A stretch of DNA of 64,000 nt from positions 186,001 through 250,000 of the forward strand of contig OZ251250.1 in the NCBI GenBank assembly GCA_965240325.2, in the 5' to 3' direction. Below are positions 1 through 12,860 of this stretch, piece by piece. Each line of letters opens with the position of its first letter. The first letter of the stretch is position 1. Made by a program: the position numbers and the translations under genes. The notes under the pieces are model-generated. The model was not told the DNA's origin. It worked only from the letters and a program-made list of their open reading frames with translations, and ran no database searches. The stretch comes from Rebecca billardiae RCC1528. Taxonomy: Eukaryota; Protista; Haptophyta.

Positions 1-424
1 CCCGTCGCCCCGATCGGCGGCATGCTCTCCGCGCGCGTCCGTGCGTGCGTGGCGCTCGTCGCGTGTAGCGCGCAGCGTGGTGCGGCGGCCGGCGCGCGGT
101 CCAATGTCGCGCTCACGGTCAATCAGCGCGAATAGCGGAAGTCGCGGAGACTTCCTCCCGCCAAAACTCGGCGCCGCCCGAGGGAACTTTCACCAACGAC
201 CGGTCGGGGACCCGGGGTGCAGACCTCCTGGCCGCGGCCGGCGAGAAAATGTGCGCTCGCGAACCTTCGGCTGAGCAAGCACGGCCCGGCTGAGAGGCTG
301 CACCCAAAAATACCGCGCCTTTCGCTGGTGTTCGCTGCGGCGCAGTGATCTCCGCCGGCCAGATCAGCGCAATCACACACGGCTTCGCGCGTCGGGCGCG
401 AGAGGGGCTGCGCGCGTACTCGTA

Positions 425-1428
425 ATGATGGCAGCAGGCGTGGCGCGGCGGCGAGGCCACCTCGCCGTGGTGGCGCTGCTCATCGCGGCGTGCCAGCCGT
501 GGGCCTCCGCCATGCGCACAGTCGTCGTGCGCGCGCGGCCCGCCAGCGCCATGGTCGTCATGCGCTCGGGCAAGCCGACCAACGTGCGCGCAGCGCTGCG
601 CGGCGCGCGCGATCGGCGGGCGGTGGGTCGGCGCGGGCGCTAGTCACCGCTGAGACCGCGCGCGCCGCGCGCGACGTGTGGGCAGCCGATCGGCGTGCAG
701 GTGGGCCAGCTCGTCTCCGGCAAGGTCATCGGCGTGCAGCCGTACGGCGCCTTCGTCCGGCTCAACGTCCCGGACACGAAGCGGGCCCCCACCGGACTTT
801 TGCATATCTCCCAGATCTCGGCGAAGCGCGTGGAAGACATGGAGTCGGTGTTCAAGGTGGGCGCGAAGGTAAAGTGCATGGTGATCGAGAGCGACCCCGA
901 GAAGAACCGCATCTCGCTCTCCACCCGCCCGCTCGAGAGCACGCCCGGCGAGATGCTGCGAGATCAGGCGGCCGTGTACGCGAACGCCGAGGAGGCGGCC
1001 GTCGCCTACCAGGTGGGTAAAATGCGGGTAATATGCGTCGGTGGGTTGGGCGCGTGTGCACGTGTGTGTGCGTGTGTGTGCTCCCGCGTGGGGAGTCGGG
1101 GCGGGGCCGGCGCGTGCCGGGCGGCGCGCAGACGCGCCTGCCGCGCCGTGTGTCCGGCCACGCGTGTGCCTCAATTGGCAACTGCTGGCTGCTGAGCGCG
1201 CCACCGCCTGCGCCAACACCTGCGCCAACGCCTGCCTGCGCCGCTGCCACGCCGCCGCCACGCCGCGCCTCGGTGCATCCCCGCTCGCTCCGCCCGACCC
1301 GCCGGCAGGAGCGCGAGGAGACGCAGCGCCGGCAGAAGCGCGCCGAGGCGCAGGCGGTCATCTTCGGGCTGGAGGACGCCATCATGGGTGACGAGCAAGA
1401 GACGACCGACAGGAGCGCGACCGTCTGA
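425..1428 (+). CDS. S1 RNA-binding domain protein with N-terminal signal/transit-like peptide (possibly plastid-targeted); 3 exons: 425-583, 686-1012, 1309-1428
   Basis: Exon 2 encodes VGQLVSGKVIGVQPYGAFVRL..TGLLHISQIS..VEDMESVFKVGAKVKCMVIESDPEKNRISLSTR, a canonical S1 motif. Phase-0 GT-AG introns 584-685 and 1013-1308 join the frames (an alternative in-frame acceptor at 700 is possible). The N-terminus is hydrophobic, then Arg/Ser/Ala-rich. Confidence 0.85.
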
Positions 1429-1564
1429 CTGCAGTCTGAGCTGCCCGCCCGCCTGCCCCGCCTGCTCCGCCCGCCATCATGGGCGACGAGCAAGAGACGA
1501 CCGACAGGAGCGCGACCGTCTGACTGCAGTCTGAACTGCCCCGCCTGCCCCGCCTGCTCCGCCC
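1377..1564 (+). repeat. Tandem duplication (~95-bp period) of the S1 gene's last codons, stop and 3' UTR
   Basis: CGCCATCATGGG(T/C)GACGAGCAAGAGACGACCGACAGGAGCGCGACCGTCTGACTGCAGTCTGA occurs at 1377 and 1472. Confidence 0.9.
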
Positions 1565-2233
1565 GTGGGCCGACGGTCGCCGCCACCATGCCCATCACAT
1601 CGCGGCGGGACGCGGGGCGGCTCCGAGCGCGAGCCCACGCGCGGACCGCACCGGCGGCGGCGTACGTATAGACGTTACTACTTCCGATTTCATCGCGCGT
1701 CAATCAAGTATGAGCGGCTGTGCCAGGCGCGCTCAGCCCTGACTCCGGGTCATTAAGTAGCAGCCGAATGTACGGTGCAATGATGATATATTATATATAT
1801 ATATATATAATGTCGTAGCGCTCGCGGTTATAACTAGTGCGCGCGTCCGACCGGTCGTCACAGCAAATCAGTAATACTGCCGCGCGCAGGACGGGACAAG
1901 TACCACTGCCACTGCCAGGCGGCCCACTGTGCAGCGTGCAGGACTGTGTGTGCGTGCCTCCGCGTGGGCGAGTGTGCGCCTGCCAGCCGAGCGACCGAGA
2001 TGCCCCGCTCCCGCGGACCCGGACTGGCTCCCGGACCCGGACCGGCACGCATGCGGCGCGGCTCGCATGGCCATGCGCGCGCGGCAGCTGCGCCGTGCGC
2101 TGGCCTGGCGGAGGCCAGCGCGGCCAGAGCGGCGCGCTGGCGAGATCGACGCCATCGCCGTGGCGGGCGCGGCACAACACCCACCCACGGCCCGGCAGCC
2201 CGCCGCTCCGAGCGCCGCCACGGCGGGCGCGCC

Positions 2234-5099
2234 TCAGGTGTCCATCGAGCGGCGCTCGCTGCCGCGACCGCCGCTCGCGCGGCTGCCGCTGGCGCGCGAC
2301 TTGCGCTTGCCATCCTCCGAGTCGTCGTCGTCGCCGCCCGCGCCCGCGGCGGCCTGCGCCGCGGCGATGGCGGCGGCGGCGGCGGCCTCGTCCTCGCCGC
2401 CCGACGGCGAGGTGTACGTCACCGCGTGCGCCGACTCGTACCGCCGCAGCCACGCGTACAGCGCGAAGAGGCCGGACTCATCGACCTCCGAGTCCGGACC
2501 GGTGGGCGGCGGCGGGAGCGGCGGGAGCGGCGCGCGGAGCGCGCCGCCGCCGCCGCCGCCGCCGCCGGCTGCTGCTGCGGAGGAGCCGCGGCCGGCCTCG
2601 AGCCCGCCGGCGGACGCGCCGGGCACGCACGGCGGCGTCCACGCCTTGAGCTCCGACGAGAGCGCGATCTGCAGGCTCTTCGTGTGCCCGACGGAGCGCG
2701 CGGCGTCGACGGCCGACGCGTCGACCAGTGGTAGCCGGCCGCGCGGCGCCCCGTGCGGCCCGAGCGCGTGGCGCTTGGCCATGCGCGCGCGGAAGACGAT
2801 GACGGGGATGGGCAGCGGGAGGATCGCGAAGACGTGCCACGCCGCGCCCGCCGAGCCCGAGAGCAGGATCACCGCGAAGTGGATCAGCGCGGCGAGGGTC
2901 ACCGCGTCCATCGCCTGCTGCGCGCCGAGCGCCGCGAGCGCTCCGGCCGAGTCGAAGAGAGGTGCAGAGACCGAGACGACGTCGACGCGCGCCTCGAGCG
3001 AGGCGGCGGCGAAGTAGAGGAGGCAGATGAACGCGGTGAGCGGCGCGATCGGCGCGTACGCCAGCGCGACGATCAGCACGAACCCGTCCCACGCCGTCTT
3101 CACGCCGCCGCCGAACGGAGGCGCGCGGCCGACCTCTGACGCAGCGAACGGCGTCTTGGCCAGAAGCGCGAGCTTCACCTTGCCCACGATGGCGCGGATG
3201 ACGCCGAGGGCGTTCTTGAGGGCGGAGCACGCGCGGAGGAACACGTACGCCATCATCACGCCGCTCGACGCCGGCACCGACGTCGCGAGCAGCGAGAAGA
3301 TGCGCGTGGGCTCGCTCCCTATCTCGACGAGTGCGGCGAACAGCGAGCTGCCGAGCATCGCGGCAAAGAAGGCGACGATGCGCAAAAAGACGGTGTAGTC
3401 GTGCTGCACGGAGCGCTCGATGGCCGACTTGGACCAGTACCCGCCGAGCTTCGTGTTCAGCACGCGCAGGATCGTCGCCATGAAGTTGAGCATAAAGTCC
3501 TGGATGGCCAGCGGAACGATGGCGGACAGAATAATGAGCGCAGTCTGCAGCGGCACCAGCGGAATCTGCGCGGCAAACTGAAGTGCGGCGACGATAGCGG
3601 CCTGGAGGAGCGCGATGAGGAGCGACCACCAGACGGTGAGGGCTGTGCGGGTGCACGCGGCGGTGGCGGCGGCGGCGGCGGGGCGCAAGGCGGCGTGAGA
3701 CGCTGCGCCCGCCGCGGCGCGCGCGCGCGCGCGCCTACTGGCTGCTCCTGGCACAGCCGCGGCTGTTCGCTCGAACGCCGCGCGCGCCGCCGCGCCGCCG
3801 CACCGCGCGCGCGCACGCACCGCTCTTGATCGCGAGGTTGATCATCGACGAGTTCTCGCGCGTGCGCGCCGGCTTGAGGTTCTCGAGCAGCATCCACTCG
3901 ATGTCGCGCGGCTCGGGCGCGGGCCAGAGGACCCACGCGCGGCCGGGCATCGCACCCTCGGCGCCGGCGACGAGCAGAGGCGCCGTGATCGCGGCGGTGG
4001 CGGTCTTGAGCGAGTCGAAGGCGACGACGGCGGAGCGCGCGCGCGGCGGGATCAGCTTGCCCTCGACCGCCTCCTCCGGCCCGTTCCCGTCCGGCTCGAA
4101 CTGCGGCGCCGTCGCCAGCGCCGCGTTGAGCGCCGCGCGCGCCTGCGCCGCCTCGGCGCGCGCGACGCGCGCCTTGTCGGCCTTTTTCGTCTTCGCCTGC
4201 CCCTTGTCGCGGTTCTTCTTGGCCTCGGCGATGGCGGCGTTGTCGGCGGAGGCGAGCTTCTTGAGGCACGCCGCGTACACCTCCACGCCCAGCCGCAGCG
4301 AGCCGTTCGGGATCTTCTTCCCCAGCAGCTTATCCTTCATCGTCGGCTCGGGCGGCGGCGCAGCGTCGTCGTCGACGCCGCCCACTTGGACCGAGCCGGG
4401 CGCGGCCGCGCGCCCCTGCAGCTCGGCCTTGGAGACGGGGACGGAGTACTTGCGCAGCTGGTGGACGGAGATGACGTTGTCCCCGTGCATCTTGCTGAAG
4501 AAGCTGCCCACCTCGTCGCGCACCGCCGACTTGGGCAGGTCGGTCACGACGGCGCAGTAGTGGTGCAGCGGGGGCGACGTGCGCAGGTGGCGGACGGTGT
4601 ACGCCGCGACGTCGGCGTCGAAGCGGTCGACGGCGCGCAGCGCGATCAGCGTGTTGACCCACACGCCGAGCACCGCCAGCCACAGCTGCCACCCGCCCAC
4701 CGGCGGCGCCAGCGCGTTCGCGAACGTGATCCGCGCCAGGCCGGCGTTCGCGTCGGACGCGAGTGCGTAGATGATTGCGAGCGGGAACGACGTGCAGACG
4801 AGGATGGCGACGAGCTCGGCGTGCATCGCGGCGCGCCAGCAGTAGAGCACGCCGTCGACGCCGCCCGCCTCGAGCAGCGCGTCGTCGTCCACCTCGCGCA
4901 GCCGCAGGATCCACTGGATCAGCCCCTTGGCCGTCACGAGCGGCCCGTCCGGCCGGTGAGGCCCAAACAGCTCGGGCCAGCGGCCGCGGAGGGCGAGGAA
5001 GAGGATGACGAAGACGAGGACGGTGATGAGCTGGAACACCACGAGCGAGATGAACTGCACCACGTCCGTCGCGAAGGGCATGCCCTCGATCGACGACAT
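2234..5099 (-). CDS. OSCA/TMEM63/CSC1-family mechanosensitive cation channel; exons 5099-3821 and 3642-2234
   Basis: N-terminal TM helix and GVDGVLY (GLDA-like) segment. Cytosolic AVVTDLP..FFSKMHG, SAVVAFDS and APEPRDIEW motifs, then a multi-TM region (SAIERSV, LLATSVP, YAPIAPL). GT-AG intron 3820-3643 restores the frame (AIKS-A-LTVWW). Confidence 0.9.
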
Positions 5100-5626
5100 C
5101 TTGGCCGCGGTCGGGAGCTCGCGAGCAAGCAGGTGTGTGTGCAGCCGCCGAAAGCACAGCAGTTGCGCGCGGCTAATCCGCGGCGGCTGCCGACAACCCG
5201 CGCGGCTCGTGAGCAGCCGCTCGCGATCTCCCCGGCGCGATTCCGCGGGAGATCGCCTCAAAACGCTCGGCGGGTGAAATGCTCGCACACGATTCGCCCG
5301 TTGCGGCGTTGCCACCCGTTGCAACGGGCAAGCTTGAATTACTCACGTGGTTGGATGGGAGCGATATTATCTGGCCGCTGATGAGACCTTGTTGATGAAG
5401 TGAGGTCTCGTACTGATCATGTCTGACGTCGTCAGGGCAGCCCTGCGGAATGATAAACAAATCATGAAAACATGAGCCGCCTTCACACATATTGAAGCTC
5501 GCATGTAGGGTGTGGTCATATGCAGCGCTTGAACCCGTGCTACTCGTTCAGTCAACCGTCGTCAGCAAAGCAGGCGCACGTGTTTGATTTCAATATTATC
5601 ATCTGAATATGGCGGTAGCGCGACTA

Positions 5627-6156
5627 CAGGGGGGCCACACTATAAGTGTCAAGTTTGAAACGGCGCCCAGGTTGGGCGAAAAAAAAGATTCGCCCCCTTC
5701 TCGCCCTAGCTCTCAGCATGTCAGGGCATCCGTCAACCACGTGAGCCGTACCACGGCATTGTGCGACAGGTGGAGGTCGGGCATTCGGTCGGGTGCACCC
5801 GCGCGCTGTCTGGCGTGCTTGCCGGCGGCTCCGCGGATGTCATGACAGTCCGCGTTCCCCTCTCCGCGCCCGTGTCCGACCACGCCGCGCCCGCCAATGC
5901 GCGCGCCCCCCGAGGCCGCAGATACGCGTGCGATTTTGTGCGACAGGTGGAGGTCGCGCATTCGGTCGGGTGCACCCGCGCGCTGTCCGGCGCGCTTGCC
6001 GGTGGCTCCGCGGATGTCATGACAGTCCGCGTTCCCCTCCCCGCGCCCGTGTCCGACCACGCCGCGCCCGCCAACGCGCGCGCGCCCCGAGTGCGCACCT
6101 TGGGCGTCTGGAGCTTCGTGCGTTTCAGACTCGACACTTATACTATGGCCCCCCTG
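5627..6156. mobile_element. Non-autonomous TIR element (MITE, Tc1/mariner-like), 530 bp, TA flanks
   Basis: The left end CAGGGGGGCCACACTATAAGTGTCAAGTTTGAAACG matches the reverse complement of 6121-6156 (CAGGGGGGCCATAGTATAAGTGTCGAGTCTGAAACG). TA lies on both sides (5625-5626, 6157-6158). Confidence 0.9.
5759..6091 (+). repeat. Internal direct repeat, two ~155-bp copies, period 177 bp, inside the MITE
   Basis: TTGTGCGACAGGTGGAGGTCG..GGATGTCATGACAGTCCGCGTTCCCCTC.. occurs at 5759 and 5936. Confidence 0.9.
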
Positions 6157-6827
6157 TAGTCGTTGTGGAGGGCATCAGACGAAGAGTTCAAGCTGCGAGT
6201 CTCGTGGGCTAACTCCATGCCGTTGAGGAGCACGAGCACCAGCAAGTTTGTCTCACTTTGGGGGGGAGGGCACTTTGAGACATGACCGCCGTGCGCACGC
6301 CCGAAAGACGGAAGAGCTCACCAACAGCTGGGGAGAGCAAAGCTTCCCATTTCAGGTCAGCTCTTGGCGCGCTTATCTGTCATCAATCTGGCCGTCCCCG
6401 TAGCCGTAGGCCCGTGGCTCACGGTCCAATAGTGAGACGGTTCTAGTGACACTACCGCATGGCATGCGGCCCGCCGTCAGCAGGTTGGCGTCCTCTTGCA
6501 GTACGGGACGTAGACTACCTAGTGCTCACGTCACCGTGAAGGGCACCTTGCATCGCGGTTCGCGGCCGCCTCCAGTGGCGGGCACGTTCACGGCCTTGCC
6601 GCAGGCATGCACCGTGGGCACACATGCGCCGGCGCGCCGCGCCTCGGCAGACTTGCGTCCACCTCACCGGGCGCTGTAGCGCTTGCGAGGCGGGCGCCAT
6701 CACCACGCCCAGTTAGGGCAGCAAGGGCGCCACTGGGCCGCCACTGGGCCGCCGCCTTTGTCTCAAAGTGCCCTCTGTCTCATTCTGCCCTCATCGACCT
6801 GTACCGGCCCGGCCGGCGCAGCCTGCC

Positions 6828-7910
6828 TCATCGGCTCGCAGGCGGCGCGCACGCGCCCGCAGCCGCCTCGCTCCGGCGTGGCTCGTCGGCCAGCACGCGC
6901 GCGCACTGCGCGGACACCGCCTCCTGGCGCTGCTTGTGAGGCCGCCGATCGCCGCTCGGGCGCGCGCGCGCGCGCGCGGCGTCGTACGCGCGCGTGTCGC
7001 TGAGCACGTCGACGCCCGAGGACGCGCGCGGCTCGTCGCCCTCGGCAGCGTGCGCTGCGCTGCCCGCGGCGTGCGCCGCGCGGCCCAGCGAGCCCCCATC
7101 CAGGACGCGCGCGAGCTCGTCGTCGCCGCCCGCGCCGGCGGCGGCGCCTCCGTGCGCGCGTCCAACGAATGCCCACCGCGCGCCGGGCGCGGCGCAGCGC
7201 CCCGAGAGCGCGCGCACGTGCGCGTAGAGCCGCGCGTCGCGCGCGTACGCCCGCGCCACCAGCTCGCGCACCGCGGGGCACGCCTCAGGCCCGAGGCACC
7301 GCCTGCGGCTCGCCTTGGCTCGGATCGGCGATCGAATTTGCATGTGGCGCTGCAGGAGCTCTGGCAGGGCGTCGAGCGGCGCGAGCGCGGCGCAGCGCCG
7401 CGCGAAGGCCCACTGCGGCACGAGGTGGCAGTCCTGCGCGCCCGGCTGCTCCGCCTCGCGCGCCAGCACGCGCCGCGCCCACGCCTCGAGCGCGCCGCAC
7501 GAGTGGCACGCCGCCGCCGTCACGTTGCCGTGTTCGGAGCGCATCTCCTCCGCGCGAAAGAAATGGAGGCGGTGGCCCAGCTCGGAGAGGAGGCGCTCGT
7601 ACGGCTCGCGCACGACGCAATACGAGCGTGGCACGCACGCCTGCGGCGGCGTGTGCCACGTGCTGCACCAGCCGTGCTCCGTCCCGCTGCACGGCGCGGG
7701 CGGCAGCGCGAGAAGTTCGCGGAACATTCCGCCCGCCGCGCCGAGGGCGAGGTAGCGGCCGGTCTCGACGCCGCGGCGCTTCTTGAGCGACTGCTCGATG
7801 GAGCTGCCCCCCGTCTTCGGGATGTGGATCAGCCGGGACAGGTCGATCTCGCCGGCGCCGACCACCACTGCCGCGCAGAGGGCCATAGTGGCGTTCGGCG
7901 TGGGCGCCAT
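6828..7910 (-). CDS. PAPS-dependent sulfotransferase (Sulfotransfer_2-like)
   Basis: 5'-PSB motif IHIPKTGGSSIE, 3'-PB motif VVREPYERLLSE, CHLVPQW, and late VARAYARDARLY. ATG at 7910; the 3' end is less certain. Confidence 0.8.
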   Translation of the reverse strand: MAPTPNATMALCAAVVVGAGEIDLSRLIHIPKTGGSSIEQSLKKRRGVETGRYLALGAAGGMFRELLALPPAPCSGTEHGWCSTWHTPPQACVPRSYCVVREPYERLLSELGHRLHFFRAEEMRSEHGNVTAAACHSCGALEAWARRVLAREAEQPGAQDCHLVPQWAFARRCAALAPLDALPELLQRHMQIRSPIRAKASRRRCLGPEACPAVRELVARAYARDARLYAHVRALSGRCAAPGARWAFVGRAHGGAAAGAGGDDELARVLDGGSLGRAAHAAGSAAHAAEGDEPRASSGVDVLSDTRAYDAARARARPSGDRRPHKQRQEAVSAQCARVLADEPRRSEAAAGACAPPASR

Positions 7911-7976
7911 CGGGCGTGCTTGAGTTTGTACTCGTACCGTTCGCTCCGGCGTTCTTGCCCTCTTGGTGCAGACGTA

Positions 7977-10071
7977 CAGGTGGATACGGGCTAACTGGAC
8001 ACAGGGGCTATCTGGACACTCAGCGGGCGGCGGGCCTCGTGGCGAGGGCTCGTGGGCGAACGAGCACGAGCGCCCACTGGCGGGTCGCCACGACGGCGCA
8101 CGATGTTCGCTGAACTCACCTGGTCGTGAGACGTCGTCTGCGCACGCGCCAGGTCGCGCTTCTCGCCGCCTTCGCCTTGTGGCTTGTTTCGTGAGTCCCG
8201 CGCACGAGGGCGAACGCCAGCGTTTCAAGCCGCAAGGCGCGTGCGCGGACTCAGGAAGGGCGGACTCCGAGGCAAGGCGCGGTTGCGCTGGCGTGGGTAG
8301 GTCCCAGAGCAACCGTCCGAGCCGCTGCACACGCTTTTCCTCCGCGCGCGCGTCTCTGAGCTCGATTCCCATGCCTCAGCCAGTGCCAGGGGCTAATTGG
8401 ACAGTGCCATCCACTGGGCGCAGGAATTTCGGGTGGGGATTTTCTTTTCCGAATATGTTGGTGATGCCGTCAGAGCACCACCAACCTCTGCCGCTGGCGG
8501 CTGCGCTGAAGCGCGCTGGGCGGCGCTGGAGGGGCGAGATGGGCGCCGACTGCGCGCCCTCCTGCGGTAGTTGCGTGCCCGCGAAGGCGGTGCGCGTGGT
8601 TGAGCGCGGCTGAAGAGCAGCCATTTGCGTCGTTCCACCGCTCGCCGTTCGGAATCACTGCATCCGCCGCGCCTCAGGCCATCGCGTGCGCCGCACCAAC
8701 AAGGAAGTTGTGTGCATTCCTCGGCTGACTGCACGCGTGCCGCGAGCAGCGGCGTCGGCTTCCGGCACTTGGTTGCACTGGGCAATGTCCAGGTAGTTTA
8801 TGCACGCGGCATCGCTCGTCACAGTACGCTGCCTGGCATACGCATCTGCACGGGTCACACAGCCGTCAAAAGGCATGATCGAGCATCACGCAGCGGTTGG
8901 CATCGACCTACGGCGAGGGTCGTGTGAGCATGCAAAGCACTGACATGCGCCCTTCTGGATAGTGATGTAGTGAGCACATTCCCGCGTGAAAGGAGCGCGC
9001 GCCATTCAGGCACCGGAAGCGGCGTCGGGGCTGGATGCTCACGTCTTAGGCAGGCTGATGCTGCCTTCCGGCTGCACGGGTGCGTCTATCAAGGCTGACC
9101 GTGTGTGCACGATGCGCACCGTCAAGTTCGACACGAACGTCCAAACGTGAGCTACTGCTTGACAAGGTAGTATACACACATTCATACACGCGCCGTGTCA
9201 TCCGAGGAGGCACATACACGCAGGCCATCATGGGCCTCGTTCAGGTATGTTCTGCATCAGCACGCATGCATGCACGTACTAGCTCGGGCCAAGATTGACG
9301 TCGGAGCACGAGTCAGGGAGTTCACTGCCGGGGCAGAGCTGGACAGCGGTCACGTGTGTGGCCACTCCGCGCGAGCGCACATGCTCCGCGTCACCGCATA
9401 TCAGCATGGCGTGCGCTGCAACGTCATCGTCGGGCCAGAGCGCTTGTTCGACCAATCGGCTCGTATGAATGATGCAATCAGCACACCTGAACGCAGCTGT
9501 TCGGACCCACGCTCATGCGCGGCGGCGCAAGGTAGCGCAGTGCGTACAGCGTAGGCCTCGCCGCGCGGAAGCGCATGCTCCGTATGTGTCTCGCCTCGCA
9601 TGGCGCACGCGGGCGAGGCTGGCCGTGTGGCGGTGTGCACAGACAAGTGCTGGCCCGAGGCAAGTACAGCCGAATGCGATGCGCGGCGCGAAGCGGCGAA
9701 TGGCACTTCAGCACGACTGCCCAGCCTAGCTCGCCGGCTCTGCGCTCGCGGGATCGTCCACACGCACGGGAGCGCGGCGCCGTCGCCCGCTCGCCCGAGA
9801 CGCGCGCGTCCGCCGCGCAGCGCGCGGCTGAATAAATGCAAGGCGGAAATAAAAAGCGCGCCGATTTTCTGATTTCTCCGACCCTGGGTGCCGTGTCCCC
9901 AGTGGGCGGCCGCCACGCGCGGAGACGGGCCCGCAGCGCAGAAAGCGCGCTGCGGCGGAACTCCAGGGACCCCCTGAAGTCCGTCCCTGGCGCCCCTTCG
10001 ACCCCAATGCTCCCAGGGAGGCCTCCGCGTGAGTTGGGTCGGCCACTGTCCAGATCACCCGTATCCACCTG
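7977..10071. mobile_element. Decayed TIR DNA transposon, pogo/Tc1-mariner-like, ~2.1 kb, TA target duplication
   Basis: Left end CAGGTGGATACGGGctaaCTGGACA; right end reverse complement CAGGTGGATACGGGtgatCTGGACA; TA on both sides. Subterminal GGGCTA..TGGACA repeats at ~7988, ~8005 and ~8389. A minus-strand remnant near 9020-9230 (RMTRRVYE..ELDGAHRAH..IQP-D) resembles the DDE_1 motifs WMT / LDGHxSH / QPLD. Confidence 0.8.
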
Positions 10072-11132
10072 TACAGAACCGCCTACAGTAACCGGTCCGA
10101 TACTGCATGATGATGAATGCAGTTACAGTCGTGAAGACATCAATGGCGGCCGCCCTTGCGGCTTCGCTGCTCACGATCGCTTGCGAGTGGACCCTTGTTA
10201 CACTGGCTTGGGGGACGGTTCGGCGCCGAGGCAGGTGTCTACCCAGACGCAGGAAAGTGGCGGCTGGTCGGGCCCGGCACGTCGGCCTATACCTGCTCAT
10301 CATCAAAACCGCCACCACACCACCGTTCGTTATTTGCCTCGCGCCACAGGCGGGCTCTTCAGCCTGGAAGAAACTCCTCATCACCGTGGACGTGGAATCC
10401 GGCGGGTTCGAGTGGTGCCCGCAGGCGCAGGCAATAACTATGGTCGTGCAGTGCACCGCAATACACGCGCCAATCTATCGCGTCTGGCTCCCCGCCGACT
10501 CGGCATCATGCTCGGTGACCTCGTCACTGGTTGAGCTCGCCCTGATCGATCGCGTCGTGATCACGGCCACGCGTAACCTGCGTACGTGCGATTCCTCTCG
10601 CGTCGTTAAATTCGTATCAGGACTGGGGGCACAAGAGCGTCGTCCATGGGCACGGTGAGCGTGCACAACGGAACGTGTCGCTCTCGGAGTTTGCGCACCG
10701 CCTGTAGACGCGACCAGGTCGTTCAAGGCGTGTGGCTTCTTCTGGCTGCCCGCGAATCAGCGACCACGTCGACCCAGTCTGTCACGACTGTAAGTGTAAC
10801 ATACATGCATGTCCGCGCCGAGCGCCGTCGGCGACCCCGCGCGGCCCGGGCGATCCGATCGAGTGCGGAACGTGGCCCGGACGCGGTAGTCCGGCGCGGC
10901 GCCCCGGGGCAGACTGCTCCTGCCCACGACGGGAAACTTTCAGGCGGGCCAGTGGCGTCCGTGACCGTTATGTCCGCCGGATGAGGCCGCCGCCGGCCGA
11001 GTCTTTGAACTCTATAAGTCAGTCTATCTCTATAAGCCTACTAATAATAATAAGGCGGGCCGCGACCGGTGTACGACGGCGGCTGACTCATCGACCAGAC
11101 GACACTACGGACGGACCGACGGGAGCAGCAGC

Positions 11133-12860
11133 TAGGGGGGCCAAACCGCCCATTTAAAAATGAAAAGCAAAGTCGCGTCGCATTTTCGCTCCGCCCTCGG
11201 CCTTTTAGGGTGGCGCGGAGCCTTTTTCTCGGACCCCGCTCGAAAATCGAGCTTCACGCCTTCGGACGCTCAGAGCTCGGTTCCGCTCCAGCGCGAGCGG
11301 CCGGAGGCAGTGGACCGCCGCGCGCTCGCGACCTTTGAGACGCCGAGATGGTCTCGGGTGCGCGCGCGCGTGACGCTGGTGGGCGCTACTGACCCGTGCC
11401 TTTGCGCCACCAGCGGCTCACCACCCGCTTCTTGGCCATCTCGCGCCGTGCGCGGCGCGCGTCGGCCGGCTTGAATTGGCGCGCTGCGTGCGCCCGTCAC
11501 GCTACCGCACGGTGTGGCTCATGATCAACTCGCACAGTTGAGATCGATGCTCGCACCAAGTGCCCATGTATGTATGTGGATGCCCAGCTCGCCTAACCTG
11601 CCCTGCTGCGCCGGAATCGCCGTCAGCAGACCGGCGCGAGCTCGCGCGCAACACCTCCGCGGAGCTCGCAACTGTCATGTTCCGCTTGTAGGGCCCGTGT
11701 TTGCACCTGCCGTGGCACTTGCGATGGTCAGTACGTTGGGTATGGGTCACGTGTGCCCTCTGATGGCGTCTGGGCGCCTCCCATTCGCCTCTCAGGACGT
11801 CGCGGACGTGCTCGCAGGCAGCGGTTGGCTCATTCGACAGGTCCGACGTGCACTCGACCGTGCCTGCAAGCGCGCCCCTGTGACGCTCATGCCTGCAGAA
11901 GCAGATGCAGATGGGCCCTCATGCACCCTGGTGCGCCCAAGACCGGCGGGAGCGTCAGAGACCGTCTCAATCTTGACACCTTGCACACGCCGGCGCTTGC
12001 CGTTGGGCTCCGCGCAGCCAGCCAGGAGCGCCGAACAGCGCCGGATCAGCCTCTGTAGGCCGAATATCCGCCCCTAAGCCCAGAAATAGCGCGGAACAGG
12101 GTAGTGCGTACCTATATGGACCAATCCCATCCAGCCTGGTTTGGTGCAGACACGCCAGCCACCGCCTGGAGCAGACGTTTGCTGCCGAATCGCATGCTCG
12201 GCACTGTGCCAGTGACTGTGCCGCACTGCGACGACGACAGATTTGACCTGCCTCGTAGGTCTCGGCCAGGGAGCGGTGACGGTTGGCTCGAGTCACTTTA
12301 AACCTTGACTATGACCGAGAGCACTCCCGGGCTAAGGACGTGGGGCCGGTGCTTTGGGTCTACTATGTCTGCAATACGCCGTACGCGTGGCCGTATACAC
12401 AGTCTGAAAACGTATCTCGCAGCTCGAGATCAGACGAGGCTGTATTCATCAGCATGGCGCCTATATACACAGTGGGTATGTAACGATCGGTGGCTTCTAT
12501 GAAACTACATATTTGACAGCCTGCCAGTACACAGCCTATATCGCATGTTGGGACCTGCTGCTGCTGGGGACTCAGAACGATCTCGCTGAGATGCTCTATC
12601 AAAGTGAGGTCGACATGGTCTATATGTCACATATAGGACGACCGTTACATACCGTTTCCAATAAGTTCAGGCTCATTCTAATAAGTAAATATGCTAGCCG
12701 TTACGCCCTATATTCAGGGTATGTGCACCTGATTTTTTTACATGGCCGGCCCAGACCCCTCCAGAGGGCAAATGATCCAGCCCGAAATCAGCTCTAAACA
12801 CTCGCTAGGACCCGCGCTCGTGGCCGTCAGTAACGCTACAGTGCCACTTTGGCCCCCCTA
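11133..12860. mobile_element. hAT-like TIR element, 1.73 kb, decayed
   Basis: Perfect 13-bp TIR TAGGGGGGCCAAA (11133-11145 / 12848-12860) with direct repeat CAGCAGC on both flanks. A frameshifted segment at ~12340-12500 (PVLWV..AWP..SLKTYLAA / DEAVFISMAPIYT) is reminiscent of the hAT C-terminal dimerisation domain. Confidence 0.75.

Noticed and set aside
10107-10658. 183-aa ORF between two transposons
   Set aside because: No recognisable motif and codon usage unlike the host genes; unsupported.
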